This document shows positions 30,761 to 39,682 of a stretch of 64,000 nucleotides of DNA, piece after piece. Each line of letters opens with the position of its first letter. Position 1 is the stretch's first letter. A model generated the notes under the pieces. The model was given only the letters and a program-made list of their open reading frames with translations. It had not been told where the DNA came from and searched no databases. Source of the stretch: a virus (taxonomy: Duplodnaviria; Caudoviricetes); IMG/VR virus record IMGVR_UViG_3300031994_000004. One strand, given 5' to 3'. The position numbers and the translations under genes were made by a program.

Positions 30761-31585
30761 ATGAAATTTTACATTTACAAAATAATAAACAAATTAAATG
30801 GTAAATGTTATGTAGGTAAACATAAAACATTTGATGGTGAAACTTTTCGTGCTTATATGGGAAGTGGTATTGCTCTTGTTGAAGCACAAAGAAAATACGG
30901 AATTTCTAATTTTGATAAAGAAATTATTGAAGAAATTGAAGATGATGAAAATGAACTTATTGTTAATGAACGTGAAAGATTTTGGATAAAAGAACTTAAT
31001 ACAATTTCACCTAATGGATATAATATAGCTTATTGTGGTGAAGGTGGTTGTTATCACGTATCGGAAGAAACAAAAAAGAAAATTTCAAAGTCAAGTTCAG
31101 GTAAGCCAAAAAGTAAAGAACATATTAAAAATATGCGAATCGCAGAATTTACAAAACAATATACTTTTGAATATGAAAATGGTAATGTAGAAGTTAAAAA
31201 TATAATTTTATGTGATTACTGTGAAGAAAATAAATTTGATTTAAATGAAATAAAATACTTATCATCTTTTGGCTATTATTATCATGGATTTCGTATAAAA
31301 GAATTTTATAATAAAAATGAATTTTTGAGAAAAATAGATAGAACTTGTAAATGTTTTAAAAACCCAATAACAAATGAATATGTATCATATTGGACTTTAA
31401 ACCAGTTAAAATTTCGTTATCATAAACCGGAATTAGAAAATGTAGAAATAATGGATTTATTGGATAAAACAAAGATGAAAATAAATCCTTGTAGATGGTG
31501 GAATAATGGAATTGAAGAACATTTCTGTATGAATAAACCAGATGAAACTTATAAGCCAGGAAGAATTCCATTTAAAAAACATTGA
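30761..31585 (+). CDS. Free-standing GIY-YIG (Seg-like) homing endonuclease with NUMOD3-like segment
   Basis: FYIYKIINKLNGKCYVGKH, YMGSG, ERFWI, GYNI, HVSEETKKKISKS. Confidence 0.88.
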   Translation: MKFYIYKIINKLNGKCYVGKHKTFDGETFRAYMGSGIALVEAQRKYGISNFDKEIIEEIEDDENELIVNERERFWIKELNTISPNGYNIAYCGEGGCYHVSEETKKKISKSSSGKPKSKEHIKNMRIAEFTKQYTFEYENGNVEVKNIILCDYCEENKFDLNEIKYLSSFGYYYHGFRIKEFYNKNEFLRKIDRTCKCFKNPITNEYVSYWTLNQLKFRYHKPELENVEIMDLLDKTKMKINPCRWWNNGIEEHFCMNKPDETYKPGRIPFKKH

Positions 31586-31610
31586 CAAACAATTAAAATT
31601 TTACTATATT
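31582..31610 (+). promoter_or_regulatory. Sigma70-type promoter
   Basis: TTGACA-N17-TATATT overlapping the endonuclease stop. Confidence 0.75.
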
Positions 31611-31629
31611 TAACTTAGAGGAACAAATT

Positions 31630-32280
31630 ATGGATAGATTAAAAAATGACGCATTGGATAATTTAATTGCTGAACTACGAAAGAAAAGTTTCAAAGGTTC
31701 ACCTATAGATTTTACTGCGAATAAATGTCCTGAACGCGGTTATAGAACTGAACATGTAATTGAAGTTTTATTTAAGCGCCAACCTGCTTTCCGAGATTTG
31801 GACCCGAATTACAAAAGGGAATTAAACGGTCAAATAAAAATTGAAATTGACTGTGATTGCTACACAATTAAATGTGAATACCCGTCATCACTTCTATTAT
31901 CTTCTATTGACGAAGTTCGTAATGCATACTACAGACACGATAGATGGAATGAACCACTTCAGTCGTTCGGGTGTGGTTATAGTGATTACAAACGAATTAC
32001 CAAAACTTTACAGACTGCATCTTCAGTTTTGAAATGGTTTGATAAATTCCTTGACCTCAGTTATAATTCAGTTATTGAAGGCCGAGCTTGGTGGGTTTCC
32101 GAACCAGTTCAAGATGATGTCAAGCAGTATTTGGAAAGTCAAAAAATCCGATCCGAATACAGTTCACAAATTAGTGAATTAGAGAATAAGAAAAGTAAAG
32201 AAGAAACTCGTTTTAATGAATACGATAGAAAGTATCGTGATAACTTTGTAAGAGTAAGAACTGCCAAATCCGATTTCTAA
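31630..32280 (+). CDS. DF-tail family protein, coiled-coil subtype
   Basis: Ends VRVRTAKSDF. Confidence 0.75.
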   Translation: MDRLKNDALDNLIAELRKKSFKGSPIDFTANKCPERGYRTEHVIEVLFKRQPAFRDLDPNYKRELNGQIKIEIDCDCYTIKCEYPSSLLLSSIDEVRNAYYRHDRWNEPLQSFGCGYSDYKRITKTLQTASSVLKWFDKFLDLSYNSVIEGRAWWVSEPVQDDVKQYLESQKIRSEYSSQISELENKKSKEETRFNEYDRKYRDNFVRVRTAKSDF

Positions 32281-32291
32281 AGGAGACAACA

Positions 32292-32528
32292 ATGTTTTTC
32301 AAAAAGAAGCAACCAGTAGAACCACAGTACATCACCAAGGACAATAAACTTGTTGGTGTAAAAATGGGCGAAAAGGAATACAGAATTGCCGCCTATGACT
32401 TAATGATGTCTAACAGTCCAGGACAGAAATCTATTTATCTGTTTGACAAGTTCGGACAGAAAGTAGCCTGGGACATTAAATCATTTGAAGAACTGGACGA
32501 TATGTTGCGAAGTAATTTTCAGGGATAA
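32292..32528 (+). CDS. Hypothetical protein
   Basis: AAGGAG SD. Confidence 0.7.
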   Translation: MFFKKKQPVEPQYITKDNKLVGVKMGEKEYRIAAYDLMMSNSPGQKSIYLFDKFGQKVAWDIKSFEELDDMLRSNFQG

Positions 32529-32592
32529 AATTTTGTCCTGCTGACTCTTTCGTAACTAATTTGTTCATAAATAGACTAAAGGAAATTTGATT

Positions 32593-33042
32593 ATGAAAGA
32601 ATTAAGTTGTGGTTTTATTATTATTAACAGGAAAAATCCAAAACAAATTTTGGCTTGCCAGCCAAATGGTCGCAGACCAAATACTCCTGGTAACTATGAC
32701 ATTCCGAAAGGTCACCGTGAAGCTGGTGAAACAACTTTGGAGACAGCTATCAGAGAGTTAAAAGAAGAAACTGGTTTCACGATTACAGACGAAAAGATTT
32801 TTGACTGTGGTTTGTTCCAGTATCTTAAAAACAAAGATTTGTATGTGTACCTAATGTTTGTGGATTGTGATATACACGAACTGTACTGCGATAGTAAGTT
32901 TGAGTTACACGGCAAAATGGTTAATGAAATTGTTGGTTACAAATGGACTGATGATTTTCGTTTGTTCTATAAGTCGCTCCAACCTATTATTCAGGAATGT
33001 TTAGAACACTATGATGAAGGTTATTATGAAGAAGTTAATTAA
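32593..33042 (+). CDS. Nudix hydrolase (T4 NudE-like)
   Basis: KELSCGFII, DIPKGH and Nudix box GETTLETAIRELKEETG. Confidence 0.85.
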   Translation: MKELSCGFIIINRKNPKQILACQPNGRRPNTPGNYDIPKGHREAGETTLETAIRELKEETGFTITDEKIFDCGLFQYLKNKDLYVYLMFVDCDIHELYCDSKFELHGKMVNEIVGYKWTDDFRLFYKSLQPIIQECLEHYDEGYYEEVN

Positions 33043-33172
33043 AATTACACTAGGTGTATTAGGAATTACTGCCGTTGGTTTTTTCGTCAAACAAGAAAAG
33101 CGCAGATTGAAAAATCTCAGGCGTAACATTGATGAACTGAACCGAAAGCAACCGCCGAAAGCACCCAAATAA
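33026..33172 (+). CDS. Small membrane-anchored protein (48 aa; not in ORF track)
   Basis: MKKLIKITLGVLGITAVGFFVKQEKRRLK... Confidence 0.55.
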   Translation: MKKLIKITLGVLGITAVGFFVKQEKRRLKNLRRNIDELNRKQPPKAPK

Positions 33173-33182
33173 AATTTAACCA

Positions 33183-33220
33183 AAAAATCTATTGACAAGC
33201 TCAATAGATTTTTGTATTTT
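33183..33220 (+). promoter_or_regulatory. Promoter with a perfect 13-bp inverted repeat over the -35
   Basis: AAAAATCTATTGA-caagc-TCAATAGATTTTT; TTGACA 33192, TATTTT 33215. Confidence 0.7.
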
Positions 33221-33227
33221 AATGACT

Positions 33228-33860
33228 ATGAAACTAACAAATATAAATCCTGAAACAATAAATCAAATACAGTTTGAAATCGCTCAAAAAGTCCTGAACG
33301 ATTGGTTAGATGCCAGTGGTTTTGATTTAGTTACAGAACTGTATCTAACAAAATTCAAATCTAATTACATTACCTGGGAAGGTAGAATGAAGTTTTTGAA
33401 AGAACCTTGGCTTAGAAAATTTAAGACTATTCCGCAGTTACAAAATGACAAAGATTTGGATGTGGAATTAGTCCAGATACAATTTGTACGAAATGAAAAA
33501 GGTTGGTATTTTGACTTATCCGGTAGTTGGTTTCATTATTGGGAACTGTCTTGCCAGTGTTATGATTGGTTTAGAACTGGTGAGAAAAATCCGTATAATG
33601 TGTTCAATAACAGAGTTATGAACTGTGAGAAAAAGTCACTTCAAGAATGGTTTATGAAGTTTGATGAATATATGGAAAAATCTTTATTGAATTTCCGTAA
33701 AGGTTTCTCTATTGTGTTCAATAAAGAACTTGAAAAAGATATGGCAGAAATTAAGAAACTGAATGAAAAACTTCAAGAATTGAATGACGAAAAACAGAAA
33801 CTGTACAAGCGTGGAGTAGCAAAAATTGAAAAAATGTTTGCTATGGCTGAAGATTTTTAG
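33228..33860 (+). CDS. DF-tail family protein, coiled-coil subtype
   Basis: Probable start 33228 (possibly leaderless); ends KMFAMAEDF. Confidence 0.75.
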   Translation: MKLTNINPETINQIQFEIAQKVLNDWLDASGFDLVTELYLTKFKSNYITWEGRMKFLKEPWLRKFKTIPQLQNDKDLDVELVQIQFVRNEKGWYFDLSGSWFHYWELSCQCYDWFRTGEKNPYNVFNNRVMNCEKKSLQEWFMKFDEYMEKSLLNFRKGFSIVFNKELEKDMAEIKKLNEKLQELNDEKQKLYKRGVAKIEKMFAMAEDF

Positions 33861-33865
33861 TCCTT

Positions 33866-33930
33866 TGTAAACATTATTTTACATAATTTTACATTTTTCT
33901 ATTGACAAACTGTGTTTATTTTTCTATATT
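33866..33930 (+). promoter_or_regulatory. Early promoter cassette
   Basis: Box 33866-33883, TTGACA 33902, TATATT 33925; closely resembles the 13372 cassette. Confidence 0.85.
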
Positions 33931-33959
33931 ATTGGTATAGAAAAAGAGAGGTAACAACT

Positions 33960-34214
33960 ATGACACAGTTTGAATATCTGCTTGAATGGCAACCAAGAAA
34001 CGCCGATTTTTGGCGGGTTTCAAATGTAACTCACCACATTTGCGAAGATTTCAATGATGTGGATGAGGCATTTGAGCATATTGCCGAACATAAATCTTTG
34101 TGGGATGATGAACGCATTTGGGCTTATCGCTTCGGCGAAGAGGTTGTTTTGCTCCACATGGAAAATGAAACTGAAGAAAAGAAACAAATTCTCAAAATGA
34201 AAGGATGGTGCTAA
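33960..34214 (+). CDS. Hypothetical early protein
   Basis: GAGAGGT SD before ATG 33960. Confidence 0.7.
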   Translation: MTQFEYLLEWQPRNADFWRVSNVTHHICEDFNDVDEAFEHIAEHKSLWDDERIWAYRFGEEVVLLHMENETEEKKQILKMKGWC

Positions 34215-34216
34215 TT

Positions 34217-35287
34217 ATGATTTACTACTATGGCGGCTCTTTTGACCCTGTAACTCTCGCTCACATTGAACTGTTTAAGGCTATTGCTAAGCAGCTGGGA
34301 GAAAATGACACTCTCCTGATTGGTGTTGCTAACAATGACGAAAAGAATTATAAGGCACCGATTGGCGACCGAATGGTTATGGTACAGAAGTTGGTTGATA
34401 CCAAGCTCAAGAATACCCAGGTCCGAATCATCCGTCAGGACACACGAACATACAAGTTCTTGCAGGACTACCAGCAACAGTGTGGCAAAACTGATTTCAC
34501 GATTTGCGTTGGTGAAGATGAATGGAAGTCACTCTGCGATGGAAAATGGGTAAACTGGGATTTGCTTTTAAAGCAGTATGAATTTATCGTTTTCAACCGA
34601 GACGAATCTGACGATATTGTCCTTCCGGCACATATTAACCCGAATGTTTGGTTCCAGTCTGCTGGAGATACCAGTGGTATTTCTTCTTCGGCAACGAGAG
34701 AAATTCTGTTCCGCTACCCGGATTGTCATTATGAACAAGTTAAGAATTTGGTAACTCACCAGACCTTCCGTTACATTAAGGAACACGAACTCTATTTCCA
34801 AAATGGTCCTGACTATGAAAAGAAGGAAAAGCAGTTCCTTGCGGAGTATGCTATCAAGAAGGCCCAGAATGGTTGGGGTGAACCTAGTGTTACCACCGAT
34901 ACAGTTGCGTATAATGGTGAGCAAGTACTGTTGATTAGGCGTGGCAATTTCCCATACAAGAACAGTTGGTGCTTGCCGGGTGGTTTCTTTGAAAAGGATG
35001 ACGAAGATTTGAACTATGGCGCAGCTAGAGAATTGCGTGAAGAAACTGGTTTGGATTTGGATCCGACGAAGTTTGAACAAATTAAGACATACGGACACAA
35101 TTTTGACCCTCGTATGAAGATTGTTGATACGGCATTTTCTGTTCGTGTTCCGAAGGCCAAAATGAGTAAGGCTGCTGGTGCGGACGATGCTGCTGAAGCT
35201 CGTTGGTTTGATTTGAATGATTTGCCGAAGCTCGGTTTCCATCACGAACAAATTATTAAGGATTTTCTCAAAAAGCGAGCTGACTAA
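34217..35287 (+). CDS. nadD: Bifunctional NaMN/NMN adenylyltransferase (NadD-like) plus Nudix (ADP-ribose pyrophosphatase-like)
   Basis: YGGSFDPVTLAH, CVGED, GISSSATR, YIKEHELY; then PSVTTD, LPGGF, AARELREETG, FDPR, AGADDAAEARWF. Confidence 0.85.
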   Translation: MIYYYGGSFDPVTLAHIELFKAIAKQLGENDTLLIGVANNDEKNYKAPIGDRMVMVQKLVDTKLKNTQVRIIRQDTRTYKFLQDYQQQCGKTDFTICVGEDEWKSLCDGKWVNWDLLLKQYEFIVFNRDESDDIVLPAHINPNVWFQSAGDTSGISSSATREILFRYPDCHYEQVKNLVTHQTFRYIKEHELYFQNGPDYEKKEKQFLAEYAIKKAQNGWGEPSVTTDTVAYNGEQVLLIRRGNFPYKNSWCLPGGFFEKDDEDLNYGAARELREETGLDLDPTKFEQIKTYGHNFDPRMKIVDTAFSVRVPKAKMSKAAGADDAAEARWFDLNDLPKLGFHHEQIIKDFLKKRAD

Positions 35288-35592
35288 TGACATTTGATGA
35301 AATCGTTTTAACTGCGGCTGAAATGCAGTGTTTGATTGTTCCTGATAGAGATGGAAGAAATTACACTCTATACTCCGAAATGGAAGGGAATGACAATAAT
35401 TCAGTCTGTTGGATTTACCCAAATGCGTTTAATGGTAAAGGTTCAGTTTCGTCTACTTATGATTTTCCACAGGTAGATAGTTTTGAAAATTTCACCAAAG
35501 AAGAACTGATTGCTAGAATTGGTTATATCCGAAATCTTCACAAAGAACGATACATTGAAAAACGACTTGAAAAGATGCAACAGGATTTCTAA
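35287..35592 (+). CDS. DF-tail family protein
   Basis: Ends RLEKMQQDF. Confidence 0.8.
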   Translation: MTFDEIVLTAAEMQCLIVPDRDGRNYTLYSEMEGNDNNSVCWIYPNAFNGKGSVSSTYDFPQVDSFENFTKEELIARIGYIRNLHKERYIEKRLEKMQQDF

Positions 35593-35996
35593 TGGAAATT
35601 TTTAATGATTTGTTTACAGACGAAGAAAAGGTACTGTTAAAGCAATATGGTGCCTATATGAAGTCAGCTGGGTTTTATTCAGTTGGTGCTGATGTTAATT
35701 GTTGGCGCTTTAAATATGGAGAAAAACCTAAGGATTCATTTTGGGTAGTTGATTTATACTCAGGAGATAAGTTTAGTCCAAGAATCTATCAGTTCAGATG
35801 GGAATTTGATGGAATACATGACCCAACACTTATAACAATAAATGAAGGGATTCATAATGCGTGTTACAAGCCAAAGGACTTTGATGAATTTAAAAAGCGA
35901 ATTGACGAAACAGTATCAAAGTTTGGTGAATACAAAAAGTACAAAAAGCAACTAATTGAAAACAAACGATTACGAAAAATTCAGGCGGATTTCTAA
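35592..35996 (+). CDS. DF-tail family protein (paralog of 35996)
   Basis: Ends RLRKIQADF. Confidence 0.8.
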   Translation: MEIFNDLFTDEEKVLLKQYGAYMKSAGFYSVGADVNCWRFKYGEKPKDSFWVVDLYSGDKFSPRIYQFRWEFDGIHDPTLITINEGIHNACYKPKDFDEFKKRIDETVSKFGEYKKYKKQLIENKRLRKIQADF

Positions 35997-36376
35997 TGGA
36001 TAGAACTGCACACAGATTTAAAATCTATACTGACTTTATGAAGTCTTTGGGTATTGTACAGAAAGACAGTGGAGGTTATAATAACTGGCAATACGAATAT
36101 AAGCCTGGAGAGTTCTTTTGGATTGCCGATTTACAAAATGCTGATTATGAATTTAAAGCGAGAGTATATGATTTTTATTGGAAGTTTGATGGTGAATTAA
36201 CTGCCGAAGATTTGTATGATGAAGAAGGAGAATTATTAGTTGAATATGACACGAAAAATTTTATAGAATTTAAGAAACTCATAAAAGAAAAACTTGCGGA
36301 ACTGAAACAGTATGATTTTATTAGAAAACAACACATTGAAGAGGACCGTTTGAAAAAACTATCAAAGGATTTCTAA
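35996..36376 (+). CDS. DF-tail family protein
   Basis: Ends RLKKLSKDF. Confidence 0.8.
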   Translation: MDRTAHRFKIYTDFMKSLGIVQKDSGGYNNWQYEYKPGEFFWIADLQNADYEFKARVYDFYWKFDGELTAEDLYDEEGELLVEYDTKNFIEFKKLIKEKLAELKQYDFIRKQHIEEDRLKKLSKDF

Positions 36377-36648
36377 TGACTGAACCTGAGATGATTGTAT
36401 TATTTAATAAACTGGACTGCGTTCTAGTTCCAGGACAACATTTGACAGAAGTCTACACAATGGAAGATGAAACTGCGATGTGTGTTATCGCAAGCCGTTT
36501 CAGTATGGTTTGTTTCTATGATGAAAATTTACCTTTTAGTAAAGTAACTCCTGAGATTATAAAACAGAAAGTAGCAAATTTTAAGATTAGAGATAAAATT
36601 GCTGTTATTCAAGAAAGAATTGTAAAAGCACAAGAGGATTTCAACTAA
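36376..36648 (+). CDS. DF-tail family protein
   Basis: Ends RIVKAQEDFN. Confidence 0.8.
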   Translation: MTEPEMIVLFNKLDCVLVPGQHLTEVYTMEDETAMCVIASRFSMVCFYDENLPFSKVTPEIIKQKVANFKIRDKIAVIQERIVKAQEDFN

Positions 36649-36977
36649 TGGAAGAAATTTTTAACAAATTAGTAATAGAATTTGGATTGACAGTTTCTGT
36701 TGATAGAAAAGGCGAAAAGTACGGAAAACTACCTGGATTTGCGGGATTTTTGATTGCGTTGGTGCCGACACACGATTATATTATGGTGGCAAAGGAAGTT
36801 TCAAAAACTGACGAAGGAGATTGTTTTTATTTTGGTGCGAATGGTTATAACGATTATGACACAGCAAAAGTAGCAGTTTCCGAAATGATTTTAAAAGCAA
36901 AAGAAATGAATGTAAACAAAAAGATACAAAACTTGGAAACAGATTTCAAGTGTAAACAAAATTTTACATTAAATTGA
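36648..36977 (+). CDS. DF-tail family protein, extended through the promoter box
   Basis: KIQNLETDFK followed by CKQNFTLN encoded by the box. Confidence 0.75.
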   Translation: MEEIFNKLVIEFGLTVSVDRKGEKYGKLPGFAGFLIALVPTHDYIMVAKEVSKTDEGDCFYFGANGYNDYDTAKVAVSEMILKAKEMNVNKKIQNLETDFKCKQNFTLN

Positions 36978-37016
36978 CGATTTTTTATTGACAACCCTCT
37001 CAATTTTTTCTATATT
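36951..37016 (+). promoter_or_regulatory. Early promoter cassette
   Basis: Box 36951-36968, TTGACA 36988, TATATT 37011. Confidence 0.85.
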
Positions 37017-37041
37017 ATATTGTATAAACGAGAGGTAATAA

Positions 37042-37278
37042 ATGACAAGAGAATTTTTCGTAATCAAGAATCAAAAGGGACAACTGGTTCAAAATTGGAC
37101 CTTCGCTCCAAATGCATTTATTACTTTTTGTAAGAGCCCTGAATGGGCTATGAAATTTGAAACAAAAGAACAGGCCGAAAAGCGACTGGACTATTTCGCA
37201 AAGAATAAGTTCAAGAATGCGTTCGGCTTAAAAATTACCAAAATCCAAGAAAACAAATTCTATAAGGAGATAAGATAA
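37042..37278 (+). CDS. Hypothetical early protein
   Basis: GAGGT SD. Confidence 0.75.
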   Translation: MTREFFVIKNQKGQLVQNWTFAPNAFITFCKSPEWAMKFETKEQAEKRLDYFAKNKFKNAFGLKITKIQENKFYKEIR

Positions 37279-37838
37279 TGGAACTTGAACTTGACGAAAA
37301 CAAAATCCAGTACGTAGTAATTGATGCACAGCCCGACTTTATTGACGGCTCGTTGGGTAACAAGAATTTCAAGGACAAGCTGGGTTATATTGCGAACAAG
37401 ATTCGTGATGCAAAGCGTCCGGTGATTTTCACTCAGGACACGCACGATGAAAATTATGCGAACACTCTTGAAGGTAAGAAGCTCCCAGTTCCGCATTGTA
37501 TCAAGGGAACTCCTGGTCATAAGGTCGCATCTGAATTGACCAGTGTTCTCACAAAGACCCCGATTTTCATTGAAAAGAACACATTTGGTTTCACTGGTTG
37601 GAAGGAAATCCTTGGAACGGCCGATGACATTGATGTGATTTACATTATGGGAACTGTGAACCCGATTTGTCCGGTCGCAAATGCTATCGGTCTCAGAGCA
37701 CTTTATCCGAACAAGCGAATTATCGTTGATTATGCTGGTTGTGGTTTTATGGCCGACGAAAAGGGTGACGAAACCTTCTGCCGCGCAGCTACGAAGTATG
37801 TTCTCAATATGCAGCAGATTGACGTCATCAATGACTAA
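37278..37838 (+). CDS. pncA: Nicotinamidase (isochorismatase family)
   Basis: VVIDAQPDFIDGSLG, FTQDTH, PHCIKGTPG, EKNTFG, GTVNPIC: D-K-C triad plus metal ligands. Confidence 0.85.
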   Translation: MELELDENKIQYVVIDAQPDFIDGSLGNKNFKDKLGYIANKIRDAKRPVIFTQDTHDENYANTLEGKKLPVPHCIKGTPGHKVASELTSVLTKTPIFIEKNTFGFTGWKEILGTADDIDVIYIMGTVNPICPVANAIGLRALYPNKRIIVDYAGCGFMADEKGDETFCRAATKYVLNMQQIDVIND

Positions 37839-37872
37839 CCACTAACAACAAACTAATAAGGAAAAAACAACT

Positions 37873-38685
37873 ATGGAAAATACTGAACTCAACTACAACG
37901 TTATGCCCGGTGGTCTCCTTAATGAAACGCTTCGTAAGCAGGCAGTTGAATGGATCCGACACTATATGAAATCTACTAATGGACGAAAGGCCGTCATTGG
38001 TATTTCGGGTGGTAAGGATTCCACTGTGGCAGCTGCTCTCTGTGTGGAAGCACTCGGGAAAGATAACGTCATTGGTGTTATGATGCCAAATGGTGTTCAG
38101 TCCGACATTAAGGACTCGGAAAAGATTATTGACTTCCTGGGAATTAAGGGTTTGGTTGTAAACATACAGTATGCATATATGAACCTGGTGAACCAGATTA
38201 ACGAAAAGAACATTTCTAGCCAGGCGCAGATCAATATGCCACCGCGTCTTCGTATGACTGTTCTGTATGGTGTTGCCCAGAACATTGGTGGACGTGTTGT
38301 GAACACCTGTAATCTTTCGGAAGATACTGTTGGTTATGCTACTCTTTATGGTGACAGTGCCGGCGACTTCAGCCCTCTCGCTCGTCTGACAACTGAAGAA
38401 ATTGTTGGTATTGGTGATGCCCTTGGCCTTCCGCATGCCCTTGTTCACAAAACCCCGAGTGATGGTCTGTGTGGTTTGACCGACGAAGATAATCTCGGTT
38501 TCACTTATCACGAAATCAACGAACTTGTTCGTAAGGGTGTTAAGGGTCCGCACTATGACGAAATCATCAAGAAGTATAAGGCAAACAAGTTCAAGACTGA
38601 CATGATTCGTGTTCCGGCATTTGAACCAACAAATCCAATTCTTCCTAACCACATTCATGAACTTGAAAACGCAGGAGCAATCTAA
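37873..38685 (+). CDS. nadE: NH3-dependent NAD+ synthetase
   Basis: GISGGKDS, NMPPRLRM, GYATLYGD, KTPSDGL..TDE; no glutaminase domain. Confidence 0.93.
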   Translation: MENTELNYNVMPGGLLNETLRKQAVEWIRHYMKSTNGRKAVIGISGGKDSTVAAALCVEALGKDNVIGVMMPNGVQSDIKDSEKIIDFLGIKGLVVNIQYAYMNLVNQINEKNISSQAQINMPPRLRMTVLYGVAQNIGGRVVNTCNLSEDTVGYATLYGDSAGDFSPLARLTTEEIVGIGDALGLPHALVHKTPSDGLCGLTDEDNLGFTYHEINELVRKGVKGPHYDEIIKKYKANKFKTDMIRVPAFEPTNPILPNHIHELENAGAI

Positions 38686-38969
38686 TGCAATTTAAAGACT
38701 TCATTGACATTTCAACCAAAGCTGGTTGTAAGATTGGAAGTAAAACAGACTTCCTCACTAACAAACCAGTTTATACTGTAGAATACAACGGAAGGACTTA
38801 TGCCACTGCAAAATGGTTTGAGGCAGACAAGAAAATGGCTGTGACATTTAGGGATGAGTATCTCAAGTGGTATCAGACCATCATTTTTACTCAGTATGGT
38901 TGTGTTGAAAAGAAATCTGACTATGCGGAAAAATTGGCAAGGGTCATCAAACAAAATAACAAGGAGTAA
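38685..38969 (+). CDS. Hypothetical protein
   Basis: TAATG-coupled. Confidence 0.7.
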   Translation: MQFKDFIDISTKAGCKIGSKTDFLTNKPVYTVEYNGRTYATAKWFEADKKMAVTFRDEYLKWYQTIIFTQYGCVEKKSDYAEKLARVIKQNNKE

Positions 38970-38973
38970 TAAA

Positions 38974-39276
38974 ATGAAGAAGTCAAAGACTGTTCCATCT
39001 ACTAATGAACGATTTGCAGTTGTATGGAATTGGGAATCTGATATGAAGATTCTTTTTGTAGAAAATACATTTGACGAAGCTCTCGCAAAGTTCAAAAAGA
39101 AGTTGAAGCCATTCCTTAAAGACAATGAAGGTATTGAAGGTAAATTTGATATGGAAACCTACATTAAGGAACATCCAGACCAATGTGACGAAAGTCGCCA
39201 GGGTGGAAACATTCCTTATATATTTGATTACAACTATGGCGAAATGATTACCATCATTCAAAAGATTAAGGTCTAA
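38974..39276 (+). CDS. Hypothetical protein
   Basis: AAGGAG SD before ATG 38974. Confidence 0.7.
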   Translation: MKKSKTVPSTNERFAVVWNWESDMKILFVENTFDEALAKFKKKLKPFLKDNEGIEGKFDMETYIKEHPDQCDESRQGGNIPYIFDYNYGEMITIIQKIKV

Positions 39277-39290
39277 AGGAGAAATAAACT

Positions 39291-39680
39291 ATGGGACTTT
39301 CTTCACTCAGTTGGCTTGTATTAGCGGGTAGTGTGTGCCACAGCATTGGTATCGCATTTATCCTTATGGCAGTTATCGCTTTCATCATTGGTGGTTTGTT
39401 TGTAATAAACTTCTTTGATGCTGGTGATAAAGAAAAACAGCAATTTAGTCATCGTGCTGGTATTATTGCGTGGGTGTTCACTCTCGTTTTCGCCACGATT
39501 GGTGCTTTAATGCCGAGTGAGAAGGCCGTTTATATGGTTGCTGGCATTGAATTGGTGAACCAGTTCAGTAAGACAGAAACTGCTAAGGAACTCGGTGATA
39601 GCGGGATGTCTATCGTTAAAGACATTACTCAGATCATCCACAATTACACGATTGACGATGACCGCGACAGGAGAAGATAA
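39291..39680 (+). CDS. Membrane protein
   Basis: Two TM helices then PSEKAVYMVAG. Confidence 0.75.
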   Translation: MGLSSLSWLVLAGSVCHSIGIAFILMAVIAFIIGGLFVINFFDAGDKEKQQFSHRAGIIAWVFTLVFATIGALMPSEKAVYMVAGIELVNQFSKTETAKELGDSGMSIVKDITQIIHNYTIDDDRDRRR

Positions 39681-39682
39681 TT

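Noticed and set aside
29240-35287. Calling the NAD genes the known NARP1 or NARP2 pathway
   Set aside because: The phosphoribosyltransferase has PncB-type motifs, PncA and NadE are present, and no Prs-like Adps occurs in the window.
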